In this document: piece by piece, positions 47,599 through 57,082 of the stretch
Position numbering within the stretch: the first letter of the stretch is position 1
Layout: each line of letters begins with the position of its first letter
The notes under the pieces: generated by a model
Databases searched by the model: none
What the model was told of the DNA's origin: nothing
The model's input: the letters and a program-made list of their open reading frames with translations, nothing else
Origin: a virus
Lineage: Duplodnaviria > Caudoviricetes
Strand: one strand, 5' to 3'
DNA length: 59,195 nt
IMG/VR virus record: IMGVR_UViG_3300008448_000086
Span: 1-59,195 of that record
Position numbers and translations under genes: made by a program

Positions 47599-47850
47599 AT
47601 GGAAAAGTTAATCGAACACATGATTCAAATCGTTGAATCCAACGCAAATAACAATCAGGCTACCATCCCCGATGTGGAGGCGTGGGCCATCGCATGGAGA
47701 GAAGAGGCATCCAAGCTTCAGTCTCACTCATGGATGGAGGTATGGAGCGAATGGATAAAGAAGGACAGCAAATTCGGAGTCATAAACTTCCTGGACTACC
47801 TAACAGACAATTACTATCCACCAGTAAAAAAGGAAGCGAATGAGGCATAG
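47599..47850 (+). CDS. Hypothetical protein
   Basis: Operonic ORF. Confidence 0.55.
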   Translation: MEKLIEHMIQIVESNANNNQATIPDVEAWAIAWREEASKLQSHSWMEVWSEWIKKDSKFGVINFLDYLTDNYYPPVKKEANEA

Positions 47851-48112
47851 GATAATAGAAGATGACAAGTCTATAGAGTACAATGGTAAAAAGTACCTGC
47901 TAAGGAGGATGGAGTTCGAGCTGTTTAAATACCTTTGCCTTAACGATGGCAGGATAGTAAGCAGAGAGGAGATAATGAGCGAGGTATGGAAGTACGATAA
48001 CCATGTAGGCAGTAACAGGACAATAGACGTACACGTAAGGAGGATTAGGAAGAAGCTACCTGACTGCCCTATAGTCACCAGAAAATGCTACGGATACACT
48101 ATTAAATACTAG
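47840..48112 (+). CDS. Stand-alone OmpR/PhoB-type winged-helix DNA-binding domain
   Basis: L...EFELF.YL..N.GRIVSREEI...VW......SNRTIDVHVRRIRKKL....I.T....GY. Confidence 0.85.
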   Translation: MRHRIIEDDKSIEYNGKKYLLRRMEFELFKYLCLNDGRIVSREEIMSEVWKYDNHVGSNRTIDVHVRRIRKKLPDCPIVTRKCYGYTIKY

Positions 48113-48115
48113 ACA

Positions 48116-48361
48116 ATGATAAAGAAAGACTACTTAACGTACAAGCAGACAGACCCAATGGCTATTGTGTACGAGTATTACAAGGAGAAGTTTGATAAAA
48201 GTAAGCACAAACACTTCATGAGCAGAAAAGAATTTGATACCTTTGCTCCGATGTATACTGACGTAAACAGCGCCTACATAAAGGCCTGCCAGCACTACGA
48301 TGAAGCTCTTAAAGTAGTCGAGCTTAAAGACAAACAAGGTAATCCTATAATGATATTCTAA
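48116..48361 (+). CDS. Hypothetical protein
   Basis: Operonic ORF. Confidence 0.55.
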   Translation: MIKKDYLTYKQTDPMAIVYEYYKEKFDKSKHKHFMSRKEFDTFAPMYTDVNSAYIKACQHYDEALKVVELKDKQGNPIMIF

Positions 48362-48466
48362 ATCATCAGCCTCCTGAAATTATTAATATTCTAAAAAATG
48401 TTAGAAGTATTAATGAATTTAAAGGGACAGGGGGCTGTATCTTTTTAACATTTAAAAACAAATCAC

Positions 48467-49150
48467 ATGAGCAAAATGAAAGATGTACTTATCGACCAAA
48501 TGAACAACCAGTCAGCGACCAAATCAAATGCAGAGTACCTGCGCTATGTAATCGATAATCTATCCAAGCCAATGCCTTACCAGTGGCGTGTGCAATCATT
48601 CAACAAAAACAATACCAAGTGTACCTGCGTAGCCTACATCGACGCAAGGCAGGCAATGGATACGCTTGACAAGTATTGTGTTTACGGATGGACAAAGAAG
48701 TACCTTGACATCAAGGGTAGCATCTACTGCTCCATCGGTATAGTGATGCCGGATGGAAGTATCATCGAGCGCCAGGACGTAGGCTCAGAAGGGAACTTTG
48801 AGGCGGAGAAATCAGCAGCATCCGATGCCTTCAAGAGGGCAGCTGTCAACTTTGGGGTAGGCAGATTCCTGTATGACCTTGATATTGTAGACCTTGATGC
48901 AGGTAGCAAGGACTTCAACGGCAAGCAGTATCCTTTCCCAGCAGATAAGAACGGCAATAAGATATGGGATATTACAGAGCATATCAATAAGATGCAGGGC
49001 GTAGTTGATGGAGTTCATCCGCTTCAGGAAGCCTTACAGAAGCTGTCAGGTATGAGTGACAAGGCCAAGGCTATTGAGTGGGCAAAGACACTTCCAGATA
49101 GCGTAAAGACTCACCAATCCTTCCGCCAGGCATTCAGTAAAAGATTCTAA
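48467..49150 (+). CDS. Rad52/Sak-like single-strand annealing protein
   Basis: WRVQ..VAYIDAR..D.LD..EKSAASDAFKRAAVNFGVGRFLY. Confidence 0.85.
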   Translation: MSKMKDVLIDQMNNQSATKSNAEYLRYVIDNLSKPMPYQWRVQSFNKNNTKCTCVAYIDARQAMDTLDKYCVYGWTKKYLDIKGSIYCSIGIVMPDGSIIERQDVGSEGNFEAEKSAASDAFKRAAVNFGVGRFLYDLDIVDLDAGSKDFNGKQYPFPADKNGNKIWDITEHINKMQGVVDGVHPLQEALQKLSGMSDKAKAIEWAKTLPDSVKTHQSFRQAFSKRF

Positions 49151-49273
49151 TAAGAATGAAAATTAGATAAAAATAGTTCTTTTTTTTATGAAAAAAACTG
49201 GACATTTTGCTCAGTGTATTGAGCAATTTTACTCAATGCTTCGGATAAAAACCGAACTAGATATTGTTATGTT

Positions 49274-50301
49274 ACATAACGTATGGTGCTATACGCTCGT
49301 TTTAATGGCGTATAGCACGTGTTACAGGTAGTAGGGATTTATACCACAAAACTTAATTAGAAGTATAAACAAAAAAGAATTTAAAAATGAGCGTAGGCAA
49401 AAAAGAAAAAATTAACGTATTATCATTATTTGATGGTATGAGTTGTGGACAGATTGCATTGAATAAAGTAGGAATTGAGTATGAAAATTATTTTGCTTCT
49501 GAAATAGAACAAGCACCTATTAAAGTTACACAACACAATTATCCTAATACTATACAATTAGGAAGTGTATTAAACGTAAAAGGTTGTGATTTGCCAAATA
49601 TAGATTTACTAATTGGTGGTAGTCCTTGTCAATCTTTTTCAAATGCTGGAAAAGGAGAAGGTTTTGATGGGAAAAGTGGTTTGTTTTGGGAATATGTACG
49701 AATATTAAAAGAAGTAAATCCAACTTATTTTTTACTTGAAAATGTGAAAATGAAAAAAGAATGGAAAGATATTATTTCTAAAGAATTAGGAGTTGAACCG
49801 ATAGAAATAAATAGTTCTTTAGTATCTGCTCAAAATAGACCGAGATTATATTGGACAAATATACCAAATGTTGATGTTCCAAAAGATAAAGGACTTTTAT
49901 TTAAAGATGTATTAAATACTGATTATGAATTTAAACCTTTAACTAAATGGTTTTTTTCTAAATGGGGAGATAAACAAAAAATAGATACATTAAAGACAAT
50001 TGATGCTGAAAAATCATTTTGTTTAACTACAAATAAAAGCCACTCAAAAAACTATTACTTAACACCTGATAAAACTATGGCTCGTATGCTTGAAAGAGAT
50101 GAAGTAGAAAGATTGCAAACTATACCAAATGGATATACAAATATTGTTTCAAAAACAGACGCACATAAAATGATAGGAAACGGATGGACAGTAGATGTGA
50201 TTGCTCATATTTTTTCTTTTTTAAGAGGGGAGGAAAAATTTTTAAATTCTTTTTCAAACGAAAATGTTTAATCGAAGCGATACACCCCTATTACCTGTAA
50301 C
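49274..50301 (+). mobile_element. attC-like gene cassette carrying the C5 MTase
   Basis: acataac + 11-bp hairpin + gttacagg upstream; ccctattacctgtaac downstream complementary to the cassette start; AT-rich cargo. Confidence 0.5.
49387..50271 (+). CDS. DNA (cytosine-5) methyltransferase
   Basis: LSLFDG (I), GGSPCQ (IV), ENV (VI), QNRPR (VIII), ERLQ (IX), GNGW (X). Confidence 0.92.
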   Translation: MSVGKKEKINVLSLFDGMSCGQIALNKVGIEYENYFASEIEQAPIKVTQHNYPNTIQLGSVLNVKGCDLPNIDLLIGGSPCQSFSNAGKGEGFDGKSGLFWEYVRILKEVNPTYFLLENVKMKKEWKDIISKELGVEPIEINSSLVSAQNRPRLYWTNIPNVDVPKDKGLLFKDVLNTDYEFKPLTKWFFSKWGDKQKIDTLKTIDAEKSFCLTTNKSHSKNYYLTPDKTMARMLERDEVERLQTIPNGYTNIVSKTDAHKMIGNGWTVDVIAHIFSFLRGEEKFLNSFSNENV

Positions 50302-50398
50302 TAATGGCTTCACGCAATGCGTACTAATACCCAAAATGGCAGGATAGGCGAAACAGAACCAGTAAAATATTTTTATTAATCACTTAAACCAATAAACA

Positions 50399-51187
50399 AT
50401 GCAAGTAACACAAGAACTACTACAGCACAGACCGCTGTCATTCTCATCTCTTAAGGAGTTTATGCGCTCCCCTCAGCACTACGTTAAGTATCTGGCAACA
50501 GACAAAAAGCCTACAGATGCTATGCTCTTCGGGTCCATCTGCCACAAGCTAATCCTTGAACCGCAGGACTTCGATAAAGAGTTTATCATCGAGCCTGAGT
50601 TCAACAAGCGTACCAATCAGGGCAAGGAAGACTATGCAGCATTCATCGCAAAGATATCAGAGCAAGGCCTTACCGCTATCCCACCTGCCACCTACGAGAA
50701 AGCTGTTGAGCTGGTAGCTGTACTCAAGCAAAGCCATGTATACAACTACGTAAAACAGCTTACATCCAAGGAAGAAAGATTCGATAAGGTGCATGACACA
50801 GGGCTTCCTATCTGCGGATATATTGATGGCGTAGCTAAGGACTTCAACCTGGAGATTAAGATAGTATCATCGGCAGAAGCTGACGATATCATCCGAGACT
50901 TCTATAAGATGAAGTACCATCTGCAAGCAGGCATCTACAATTGGGTGAACGGAAAGCCAATATATTATTTAGTGGTAGAGAACAGCTTCCCATATCTTAG
51001 CCGAGTGCTGATAGCCTCAGACCATTACATAGCAGAAGGCAGAAGGATGTTTGATAAGGCAATGACGGACTTTAAGTTCTGCATTGACATTGACAACTTC
51101 AGCGCAGGATATGAGTTCTATACAGGAGTAGAGCCTCTCACCTTATCACTCCCTCCTTGGGCAAAGAAAGGAGGTGGCGATGATTAA
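50399..51187 (+). CDS. ExoVIII/RecE-like PD-(D/E)xK exonuclease (DUF3799-like)
   Basis: LSFSSLK..FGSICH..LEP, GYIDG..EIK, YHLQAGIY. Confidence 0.8.
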   Translation: MQVTQELLQHRPLSFSSLKEFMRSPQHYVKYLATDKKPTDAMLFGSICHKLILEPQDFDKEFIIEPEFNKRTNQGKEDYAAFIAKISEQGLTAIPPATYEKAVELVAVLKQSHVYNYVKQLTSKEERFDKVHDTGLPICGYIDGVAKDFNLEIKIVSSAEADDIIRDFYKMKYHLQAGIYNWVNGKPIYYLVVENSFPYLSRVLIASDHYIAEGRRMFDKAMTDFKFCIDIDNFSAGYEFYTGVEPLTLSLPPWAKKGGGDD

Positions 51188-51301
51188 GACGCTAGTATGC
51201 CTCACGTATAAGATAGGATTCACGCTTACGTTTATCTATCTGCTCTGTATCGTTATAGTAAACATGGCCTTATTAATTAAAAAACTATCAAACTGGTTAT
51301 T

Positions 51302-51691
51302 ATGGAAAAAGAACAGGATTTAGTAAAGGTTCCGGCAGAATGGCTACCTATAAATGCCATTGACTTATTCTCTTCTGGCAACTTCAAAAGTTTACAATCA
51401 GCAAACTTTTTTACCGATGACCTCAAGATGAATGGCGAGACATTCTACATCAACAAAGACGGATACCTCATACACGAAGACAGAAGGATGTCCGTAGTTG
51501 TAGGCGAGCCTGAAATCAATGATGGTAAGGTATGCCTTGTGGTAGACACCTCCCACCGGCCAGTCATGGAACATAAGCTCAGGAAACTTTATTCCGTTGT
51601 TTGGGATAAAATGTGTATCTTGGTGCTTCAATTCAAGGAAAGCAGAGTAGTAGAAGCACAATCAATCATAAGACATGTACACAATCGGTAA
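51302..51691 (+). CDS. Hypothetical protein
   Basis: 129 aa ORF. Confidence 0.55.
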   Translation: MEKEQDLVKVPAEWLPINAIDLFSSGNFKSLQSANFFTDDLKMNGETFYINKDGYLIHEDRRMSVVVGEPEINDGKVCLVVDTSHRPVMEHKLRKLYSVVWDKMCILVLQFKESRVVEAQSIIRHVHNR

Positions 51692-52112
51692 TGCAATCGA
51701 AGCAGTTCTGTCAGAATTAAAAGGTAAGACAGGGCTACACTGGTCAGCACAGCTAACATCCAAAGGCTTTATAGTCTACAGAAAACCTCGCATTGACGAA
51801 TACGTAGTCAGCGAGTATAACAAATGGAGAGATGCCTGCTGTACAGTATTTAACGTAGAGTATAACGACCTTGACAATGATGACAAGAGCAACAGCTTCG
51901 TAGCGCCAAGGCATTGGTGCTGGTACATGATGACATCTGTATCTATGCTTAATGTTGACAGCATTGTAAAGATGCTTAACAATCAGAAGAACAGAACGTC
52001 TGTGCTGCATGCCATCCGAAAGATTCACTTCTATATCCATCGTAAAAACCCAGACAAGAAGTCCCTTGAAACGTTCAATCAATTGTTAAATCATTATCAA
52101 AACTCAAATTAA
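51675..52112 (+). CDS. DnaA domain-IV-like HTH protein
   Basis: VF.V...DL....K...FVAPRH..WY..RTSVLHAIRKI. Confidence 0.6.
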   Translation: MYTIGNAIEAVLSELKGKTGLHWSAQLTSKGFIVYRKPRIDEYVVSEYNKWRDACCTVFNVEYNDLDNDDKSNSFVAPRHWCWYMMTSVSMLNVDSIVKMLNNQKNRTSVLHAIRKIHFYIHRKNPDKKSLETFNQLLNHYQNSN

Positions 52113-52117
52113 ACATT

Positions 52118-52384
52118 ATGTCAAAGTACGACAACTCAAACACAGCGGTATTATTTAAGAATGACAAGAAAGGAAACGAGAAAGCCCCAGACTACAAAGG
52201 CAAAGGTGAAGTAAATGGCAAGGAAGTAGAGCTTGCTGCCTGGGCAAGAAAGTCTGAAAAGGGAGATACGTTCCTTTCAATAAAGTTCTCTGAGCCATTT
52301 AAAAAAGATGGTAATAAAACTTTTACCAAGTCGGCCGAGAAGCCAGCATACAAGCAGCCGGAAGAAGACGGCCTTCCGTTTTAA
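52118..52384 (+). CDS. Small SSB-like protein
   Basis: LFKNDKK..KAPDYKG..AAW..FLSI; acidic tail ending LPF. Confidence 0.7.
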   Translation: MSKYDNSNTAVLFKNDKKGNEKAPDYKGKGEVNGKEVELAAWARKSEKGDTFLSIKFSEPFKKDGNKTFTKSAEKPAYKQPEEDGLPF

Positions 52385-52469
52385 TAAATAACAGAGTCAA
52401 TGCAGATGGAGGCCTGCCTAGCGCAGGCTTCTTCGTCTGCAATCGTTAAAATTTAATTCACTATCACGC

Positions 52470-54290
52470 ATGCCGAATGTAACGCTGTTCAAAGACATCA
52501 CCGATACAACCAATCCAGTTATTCAGTCGGTCGATAAAGTGCTTGGCTTCATTCGTGATGGCAGATGGAAAGATAAGGTAGAGGCGGTCAGAAATGCACT
52601 CCCTAACCAGCAAGATAGCCTTAAAATTGCACTCCCATGTATCCTTTATGCTGGAGAGTTCACTATAAAGTTAACAACCGATAAGGGCGTTGAAACTTGC
52701 AGAAAGGATGAGTGCCTGTCCAAACACTCCCACCTTGTACCCATCGACATTGACGATGTTGACAACATAGACGAAATAATCGAAACGCTTAAGAAGGACC
52801 AGTTCATCCATGCCTTATGGAAGTCCCCTTCAGGCAAAGGCTGTCATGGACTGATTAAAATAGGGGATGGCAAGTCTCATCGCAGGCACTACACTGCCCT
52901 GATTAAAAAGTATCCCTTCCTTGACTCAACAGCAAGGAATGAATCTAGGATACTGTTTGCGTCTTATGACCCTGACCTTTATTACAACCCACGCAGCAGC
53001 ACATATTACGATGTAGAGGATGAAGAGAAGCCTCAAGGCGAAGGAGGCATGGCTATATCAGGTCAAGGCACTACAGACTACCGTAAGGTGGATGTGGCTG
53101 CTAAGATGGTAAGGTGCGCTCCTGATGGAGAGAAGCACAACATCCTGCTTAAAGCAGCTGTACTTATGGGAGGATATGTAGCTGCCGGCAAGGTAGAGCG
53201 AGAGGTCGCTGAGACACTTCTTTACCATGAGATAGGTAAGCGCAATGTAGACAACCTTGCAACAGCTCAAAAAACCATAAGCGATGGGATAACCTATGGG
53301 ATGCTGATGCCCATCCACGAAACAGAGCAGGCATTTAGTGAGGCTGTAGAGATGGTGGCTGCTGCGGATGACGAGCTTAAATTCCTGAGTAATCTGGATG
53401 ATGATGAGATTTACATCAGACGCTTCAGGCATGGCCTTATAGAGTCCGGCAAAGGCTTTGGGTATGAAGAGCTGGATAAATACTTTGTGCTTAAGGAGGC
53501 GGAGTTCTATGCCTTTGTAGCGCATTCTAACGTAGGTAAGACCACCAGTATCTTATGGTTCATGCTTGTATCAGCTGTCAATCATGGGTGGAATTGGATG
53601 GTATACACAGGAGAGAACACCCCTGCATCCATCAAGATGAAGCTCATAGAGTATCTCACAGGAAAGAGAATAAAAGAGGTTCCTGAGCATTGGCTAAAGC
53701 ATGCTATTCAGTTCGTCAATGACCATTTCTACCTGATAACAAATGACAAAACTTACGAATACAGCGAGCTTTTACAATTTGCTGAAACGCTGTCAAGAAG
53801 AAAGAGTCTGAAGGGAATCTTCATCGACCCTTATAACTCACTGAAAGCCAACGTCACCATGTCCAAGAGCAAATATCAGTATGATTACGAGGCCTATAGC
53901 GATATGCTGGCATTTACCAACAGGACAAAGATTACGCTGTTCCTGAGCGCCCATACCAATACAGAGGCTCAGCGTCTGCTTGATAATGATGGGAACCAGA
54001 AGATGCCTCATGCTACGATGGTGGAAGGTGGGGTTGCACTGTATAACAAATGCCACAACTTTATCGTGTTCCATCGAAAGATTAAGGATGAGGACAACTG
54101 GATGTATACGGAGATTAGCGTAGATAAGGTAAGGAATAAGGATACCGGAGGGCAGCCTACCATCAAGGGTAAGCCTATCCGACTGAAGATGGCAAGAGGA
54201 GTTGAGTTCGTAGACGAGCAAGGCGCACTTCCATTTAACAGGGACTTCCTCCCTACCTACAAGGAAGCACAAGAAGAAAACTATTTTTAA
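52470..54290 (+). CDS. Primase-helicase (BT4734/VirE-N-like primase domain + SF4 helicase)
   Basis: IDIDD, SPSGKG.H, ASYDP N-domain; Walker A AHSNVGKT, Walker B IFIDP, KVRNKDTGG. Confidence 0.8.
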   Translation: MPNVTLFKDITDTTNPVIQSVDKVLGFIRDGRWKDKVEAVRNALPNQQDSLKIALPCILYAGEFTIKLTTDKGVETCRKDECLSKHSHLVPIDIDDVDNIDEIIETLKKDQFIHALWKSPSGKGCHGLIKIGDGKSHRRHYTALIKKYPFLDSTARNESRILFASYDPDLYYNPRSSTYYDVEDEEKPQGEGGMAISGQGTTDYRKVDVAAKMVRCAPDGEKHNILLKAAVLMGGYVAAGKVEREVAETLLYHEIGKRNVDNLATAQKTISDGITYGMLMPIHETEQAFSEAVEMVAAADDELKFLSNLDDDEIYIRRFRHGLIESGKGFGYEELDKYFVLKEAEFYAFVAHSNVGKTTSILWFMLVSAVNHGWNWMVYTGENTPASIKMKLIEYLTGKRIKEVPEHWLKHAIQFVNDHFYLITNDKTYEYSELLQFAETLSRRKSLKGIFIDPYNSLKANVTMSKSKYQYDYEAYSDMLAFTNRTKITLFLSAHTNTEAQRLLDNDGNQKMPHATMVEGGVALYNKCHNFIVFHRKIKDEDNWMYTEISVDKVRNKDTGGQPTIKGKPIRLKMARGVEFVDEQGALPFNRDFLPTYKEAQEENYF

Positions 54291-54308
54291 CTTAAACAAG
54301 AATTGGTT

Positions 54309-54749
54309 ATGACAAAGAAAGATTTTTTGAGGGAACTTAAAAGTTACTTTACCGATATCGACTGGACACCGGCAGCTGAATCAAGAGTAAACCTACTGCT
54401 TGAAAGCTACCATACGACTGCCAAAACAAAGGTGCTTGTAAAGCATATCTACGTTGACAGAGAGGTGATGGTAGAAGGTAGCTGTGCTAAAGAGATGGAT
54501 TACGCTAAAATCGCAGAAGAGGTATGCAGGAACCACAATATCACGCTTGAGCAGCTAAAGGTAAGCAGTCCAAACTGGGCGTATAAAGACGGAAGAAAGG
54601 GCACTAGAGAGCTTGTAGACGCAAGGCACGAGTTCGTCAACAAAGTCTTCGCAAGATTCCCTCACTCAAGTAAAGTGCAGACAAGCAGATGGCTTGGATA
54701 TACCTGCCACTCATCAGTATATCACCTTCTAAAAGACAGAAAGATATGA
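54309..54749 (+). CDS. DnaA domain-IV-like HTH protein
   Basis: VC..H.ITLEQL..RELVDARH..HSSVYHL. Confidence 0.55.
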   Translation: MTKKDFLRELKSYFTDIDWTPAAESRVNLLLESYHTTAKTKVLVKHIYVDREVMVEGSCAKEMDYAKIAEEVCRNHNITLEQLKVSSPNWAYKDGRKGTRELVDARHEFVNKVFARFPHSSKVQTSRWLGYTCHSSVYHLLKDRKI

Positions 54750-54967
54750 CAGCAAAAAAGTACGCTCAAGAATTAGTTAATCTTTACATGGACATTAAGA
54801 ATCAAAAGCTATCAGACTACTCAAAGATTTATCTTCCAACTGCCAAAGAGTGCGCCAGGATTTCTGTTGGAGTAGCTTTATCCGAGCATGTTATGAATGA
54901 TTCAGAATACTCAAAAAGAAGATTCACATTTTTTAAAAAAGTAATTGAAGAGATAGATAATATTTGA
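54746..54967 (+). CDS. Hypothetical protein
   Basis: MTAKKYAQELV..AKECA..V..EEI; ATGA overlap. Confidence 0.6.
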   Translation: MTAKKYAQELVNLYMDIKNQKLSDYSKIYLPTAKECARISVGVALSEHVMNDSEYSKRRFTFFKKVIEEIDNI

Positions 54968-54993
54968 TAATTCAGAAATAAGTACTATATTTG
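54963..54993 (+). promoter_or_regulatory. Bacteroidota promoter TTTG-N19-TATATTTG
   Basis: Exact -33/-7 consensus. Confidence 0.7.
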
Positions 54994-55015
54994 TAAAACT
55001 TTAAACCAAACCACC

Positions 55016-55216
55016 ATGACACAAGAACAAATCAAAAAGACAATCATTTCGTCAGCAACTACTCTCAGCGACGAAGACGGCAGAAGTAATTACTTTGTGC
55101 TTACAAATGCAGCCCTGAACGATTTAGTAAAGACCATCCATGACCTTAGCTGTGATGCCTATGCAACAGGCCTTATTGATGGTAAAGACTGCGGAAGATT
55201 AGACAACAGATATTAA
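55016..55216 (+). CDS. Hypothetical protein
   Basis: A-rich leader, ATG. Confidence 0.55.
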   Translation: MTQEQIKKTIISSATTLSDEDGRSNYFVLTNAALNDLVKTIHDLSCDAYATGLIDGKDCGRLDNRY

Positions 55217-55238
55217 TAAACCAATAAAACAAACTATT

Positions 55239-55640
55239 ATGTACAGATTTGAAAATGAAGCTTACAATAATAAGCTGCAAGAGTGTATTAAAGAATACGA
55301 AGAATACAGGAAGATGTTCATGGAAGAGACAGATTTTATGGACCCACAGGCCATCATCAGGAGGCTACAGAAGCTGACAGCATTTAATGCTTCTGTCGGA
55401 AGGCTAAAGGCATCATTTGACTTCCTTGTTGATAAGGCTAATATGATAGAGATGAGGAAGATAGACCATGAGGCTATGCCGGCTAAGAAGTTCGAGGCGC
55501 TGGTGCGTGATGCTGTAGGTCTTGTCATCATCTTCCCGAAGGCTTTGGAGATAATGCTAAAGGAATCCCACTACCAAATAGAAAGCCTAAGGTCAACGCT
55601 GTCTTACCTTAAAACAGAAGCGCAACATATAAACGTATAA
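55239..55640 (+). CDS. Hypothetical helical protein
   Basis: ..HYQIESLRSTLSYLKTE C-terminus. Confidence 0.65.
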   Translation: MYRFENEAYNNKLQECIKEYEEYRKMFMEETDFMDPQAIIRRLQKLTAFNASVGRLKASFDFLVDKANMIEMRKIDHEAMPAKKFEALVRDAVGLVIIFPKALEIMLKESHYQIESLRSTLSYLKTEAQHINV

Positions 55641-55641
55641 T

Positions 55642-55857
55642 ATGGACAAAGAAGCAATCAAGAAAATACTTATGGATATCATGGATGAGCAGGATGCTTT
55701 TAATCATAAGCTGGTCAAAGTCTATGACCCTATAAATCCTGAAAGCACTATTAAGAATCATATTATAGAAGCCTACAATGCAGGATACGAAGACGCTAAA
55801 TGCAATCATATAAATGACGCAGAGCAGTATTACTTAAACAAATATAAACCAGTATAA
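55642..55857 (+). CDS. Hypothetical protein
   Basis: IIEAYNAG..AEQYY motif. Confidence 0.6.
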   Translation: MDKEAIKKILMDIMDEQDAFNHKLVKVYDPINPESTIKNHIIEAYNAGYEDAKCNHINDAEQYYLNKYKPV

Positions 55858-55858
55858 C

Positions 55859-56032
55859 ATGGTAAAGCAGAGAAAAGACCCAAGGCAAAGATTAGGCAGT
55901 TCAAAGAAAGATAAGGTGATGACAGTATCTATAAGGTTAGCTAAGCCACAATATCAGGTACTCGTTGATAAATGTAAGCAGGACAATATCACCCTTTCTA
56001 ACTATATTCGTCTTGTATTATTCAGACAATAA
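55859..56032 (+). CDS. Ribbon-helix-helix regulator (57 aa, below ORF track cutoff)
   Basis: ..VMTVSIRLAKPQYQVLVDKCKQDNITLSNYIRLVL. Confidence 0.65.
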   Translation: MVKQRKDPRQRLGSSKKDKVMTVSIRLAKPQYQVLVDKCKQDNITLSNYIRLVLFRQ

Positions 56033-56042
56033 AATTAATACT

Positions 56043-56336
56043 ATGACGACTAAATTACCCCCAGACCTGGTTAAGATAATCAAACCAGTTGTGCTTGATA
56101 ATAACCACTTTTCAGTAAACCTGAAGATATTCCGACCAGAGATGGATAGAGGAGAGACTACCACAAGATGGGAAATCTACGCCTTTGTAAACCATAACTC
56201 AGGAAGACTATGGGATGCTGCTGAAGCACCTATCCTGCATAACAGACTCAGGGCAAAGATTAAGTCAATGAAAGACTTTGATGCCGAATACACTTACTAC
56301 AAAACATTAGCCGATGAAGTACAGGAGCGACTTTGA
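56043..56336 (+). CDS. Hypothetical protein
   Basis: ATG 56043 (MTTKLPP). Confidence 0.55.
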   Translation: MTTKLPPDLVKIIKPVVLDNNHFSVNLKIFRPEMDRGETTTRWEIYAFVNHNSGRLWDAAEAPILHNRLRAKIKSMKDFDAEYTYYKTLADEVQERL

Positions 56337-56667
56337 CCTTGACCTTTCCACTGGACAGCAAGGAGAGGTACTTGTACACGATATGCTGCAACTATCCACC
56401 ATTGAAGTAAAGACAGATTTCCTAGCCGATAAAACGGGCAATATAGCTGTTGAATTTGAGTCATGGGGTAAGCCATCAGGCATAGCCACTACCTCAGCAA
56501 GGCATTGGGTGTTTGTTATTCCAAACAAAATAGCCATTTTCGTTGAAACCAATCGCCTAAAGGAGATTGCAAGGAGGTTCTATCAGGAAGATAGAGTAGT
56601 CAATGGAGGAGACCTGAACAAATCTAAGATGGTACTAATACCTATAACAGAACTTATTCATGGATAA
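56314..56667 (+). CDS. Small PD-(D/E)xK nuclease-like protein
   Basis: IEVKTD..TGNIAVEFES.GKPSGIATT. Confidence 0.7.
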   Translation: MKYRSDFDLDLSTGQQGEVLVHDMLQLSTIEVKTDFLADKTGNIAVEFESWGKPSGIATTSARHWVFVIPNKIAIFVETNRLKEIARRFYQEDRVVNGGDLNKSKMVLIPITELIHG

Positions 56668-57082
56668 TACACTACTATACATTAAGTGCGATGATGTTCC
56701 TTCGAGCATGACGATAGGCAAGAAGAAATACTACCTTACCAATAATATCTTCTACGGAGGAGTGCATTGGGCCATCAGGAAGAAGCTGGTAGAGCTATGC
56801 AAGTTCTATCTGATAGGCAAGATGAAGAAGAAAGTATCCATCAAAGAAGACCAGTTCCCTGTTGAGATAGAGATAGTTTACCACTCACCTAAGCATACAT
56901 TTGACATAGACAATAAAGCCGGATATTGGCTGAAGGTGCTGTTAGATTTGATTAAACAGAACGGCACGGTTCCTGATGACAATGTAAAGTTCATATCCTC
57001 CATCAAGTCATCCTACGTAAGGCTTCCACTAAAAGAGAATGATATTCTTGAGATATTCATTACTCAGCACTCTCGTCCTTGA
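56660..57082 (+). CDS. RusA-like Holliday junction resolvase
   Basis: DIDN...K...D.I...G.VPDDN acidic motif. Confidence 0.7.
   Translation: MDNTLLYIKCDDVPSSMTIGKKKYYLTNNIFYGGVHWAIRKKLVELCKFYLIGKMKKKVSIKEDQFPVEIEIVYHSPKHTFDIDNKAGYWLKVLLDLIKQNGTVPDDNVKFISSIKSSYVRLPLKENDILEIFITQHSRP

Noticed and set aside
42882-56552. Minus-strand ORFs antisense to early genes (except 46084-46347), plus alternative-frame ORFs such as 44815 and 32700
   Set aside because: Shadow or incidental frames without recognisable motifs or initiation signals
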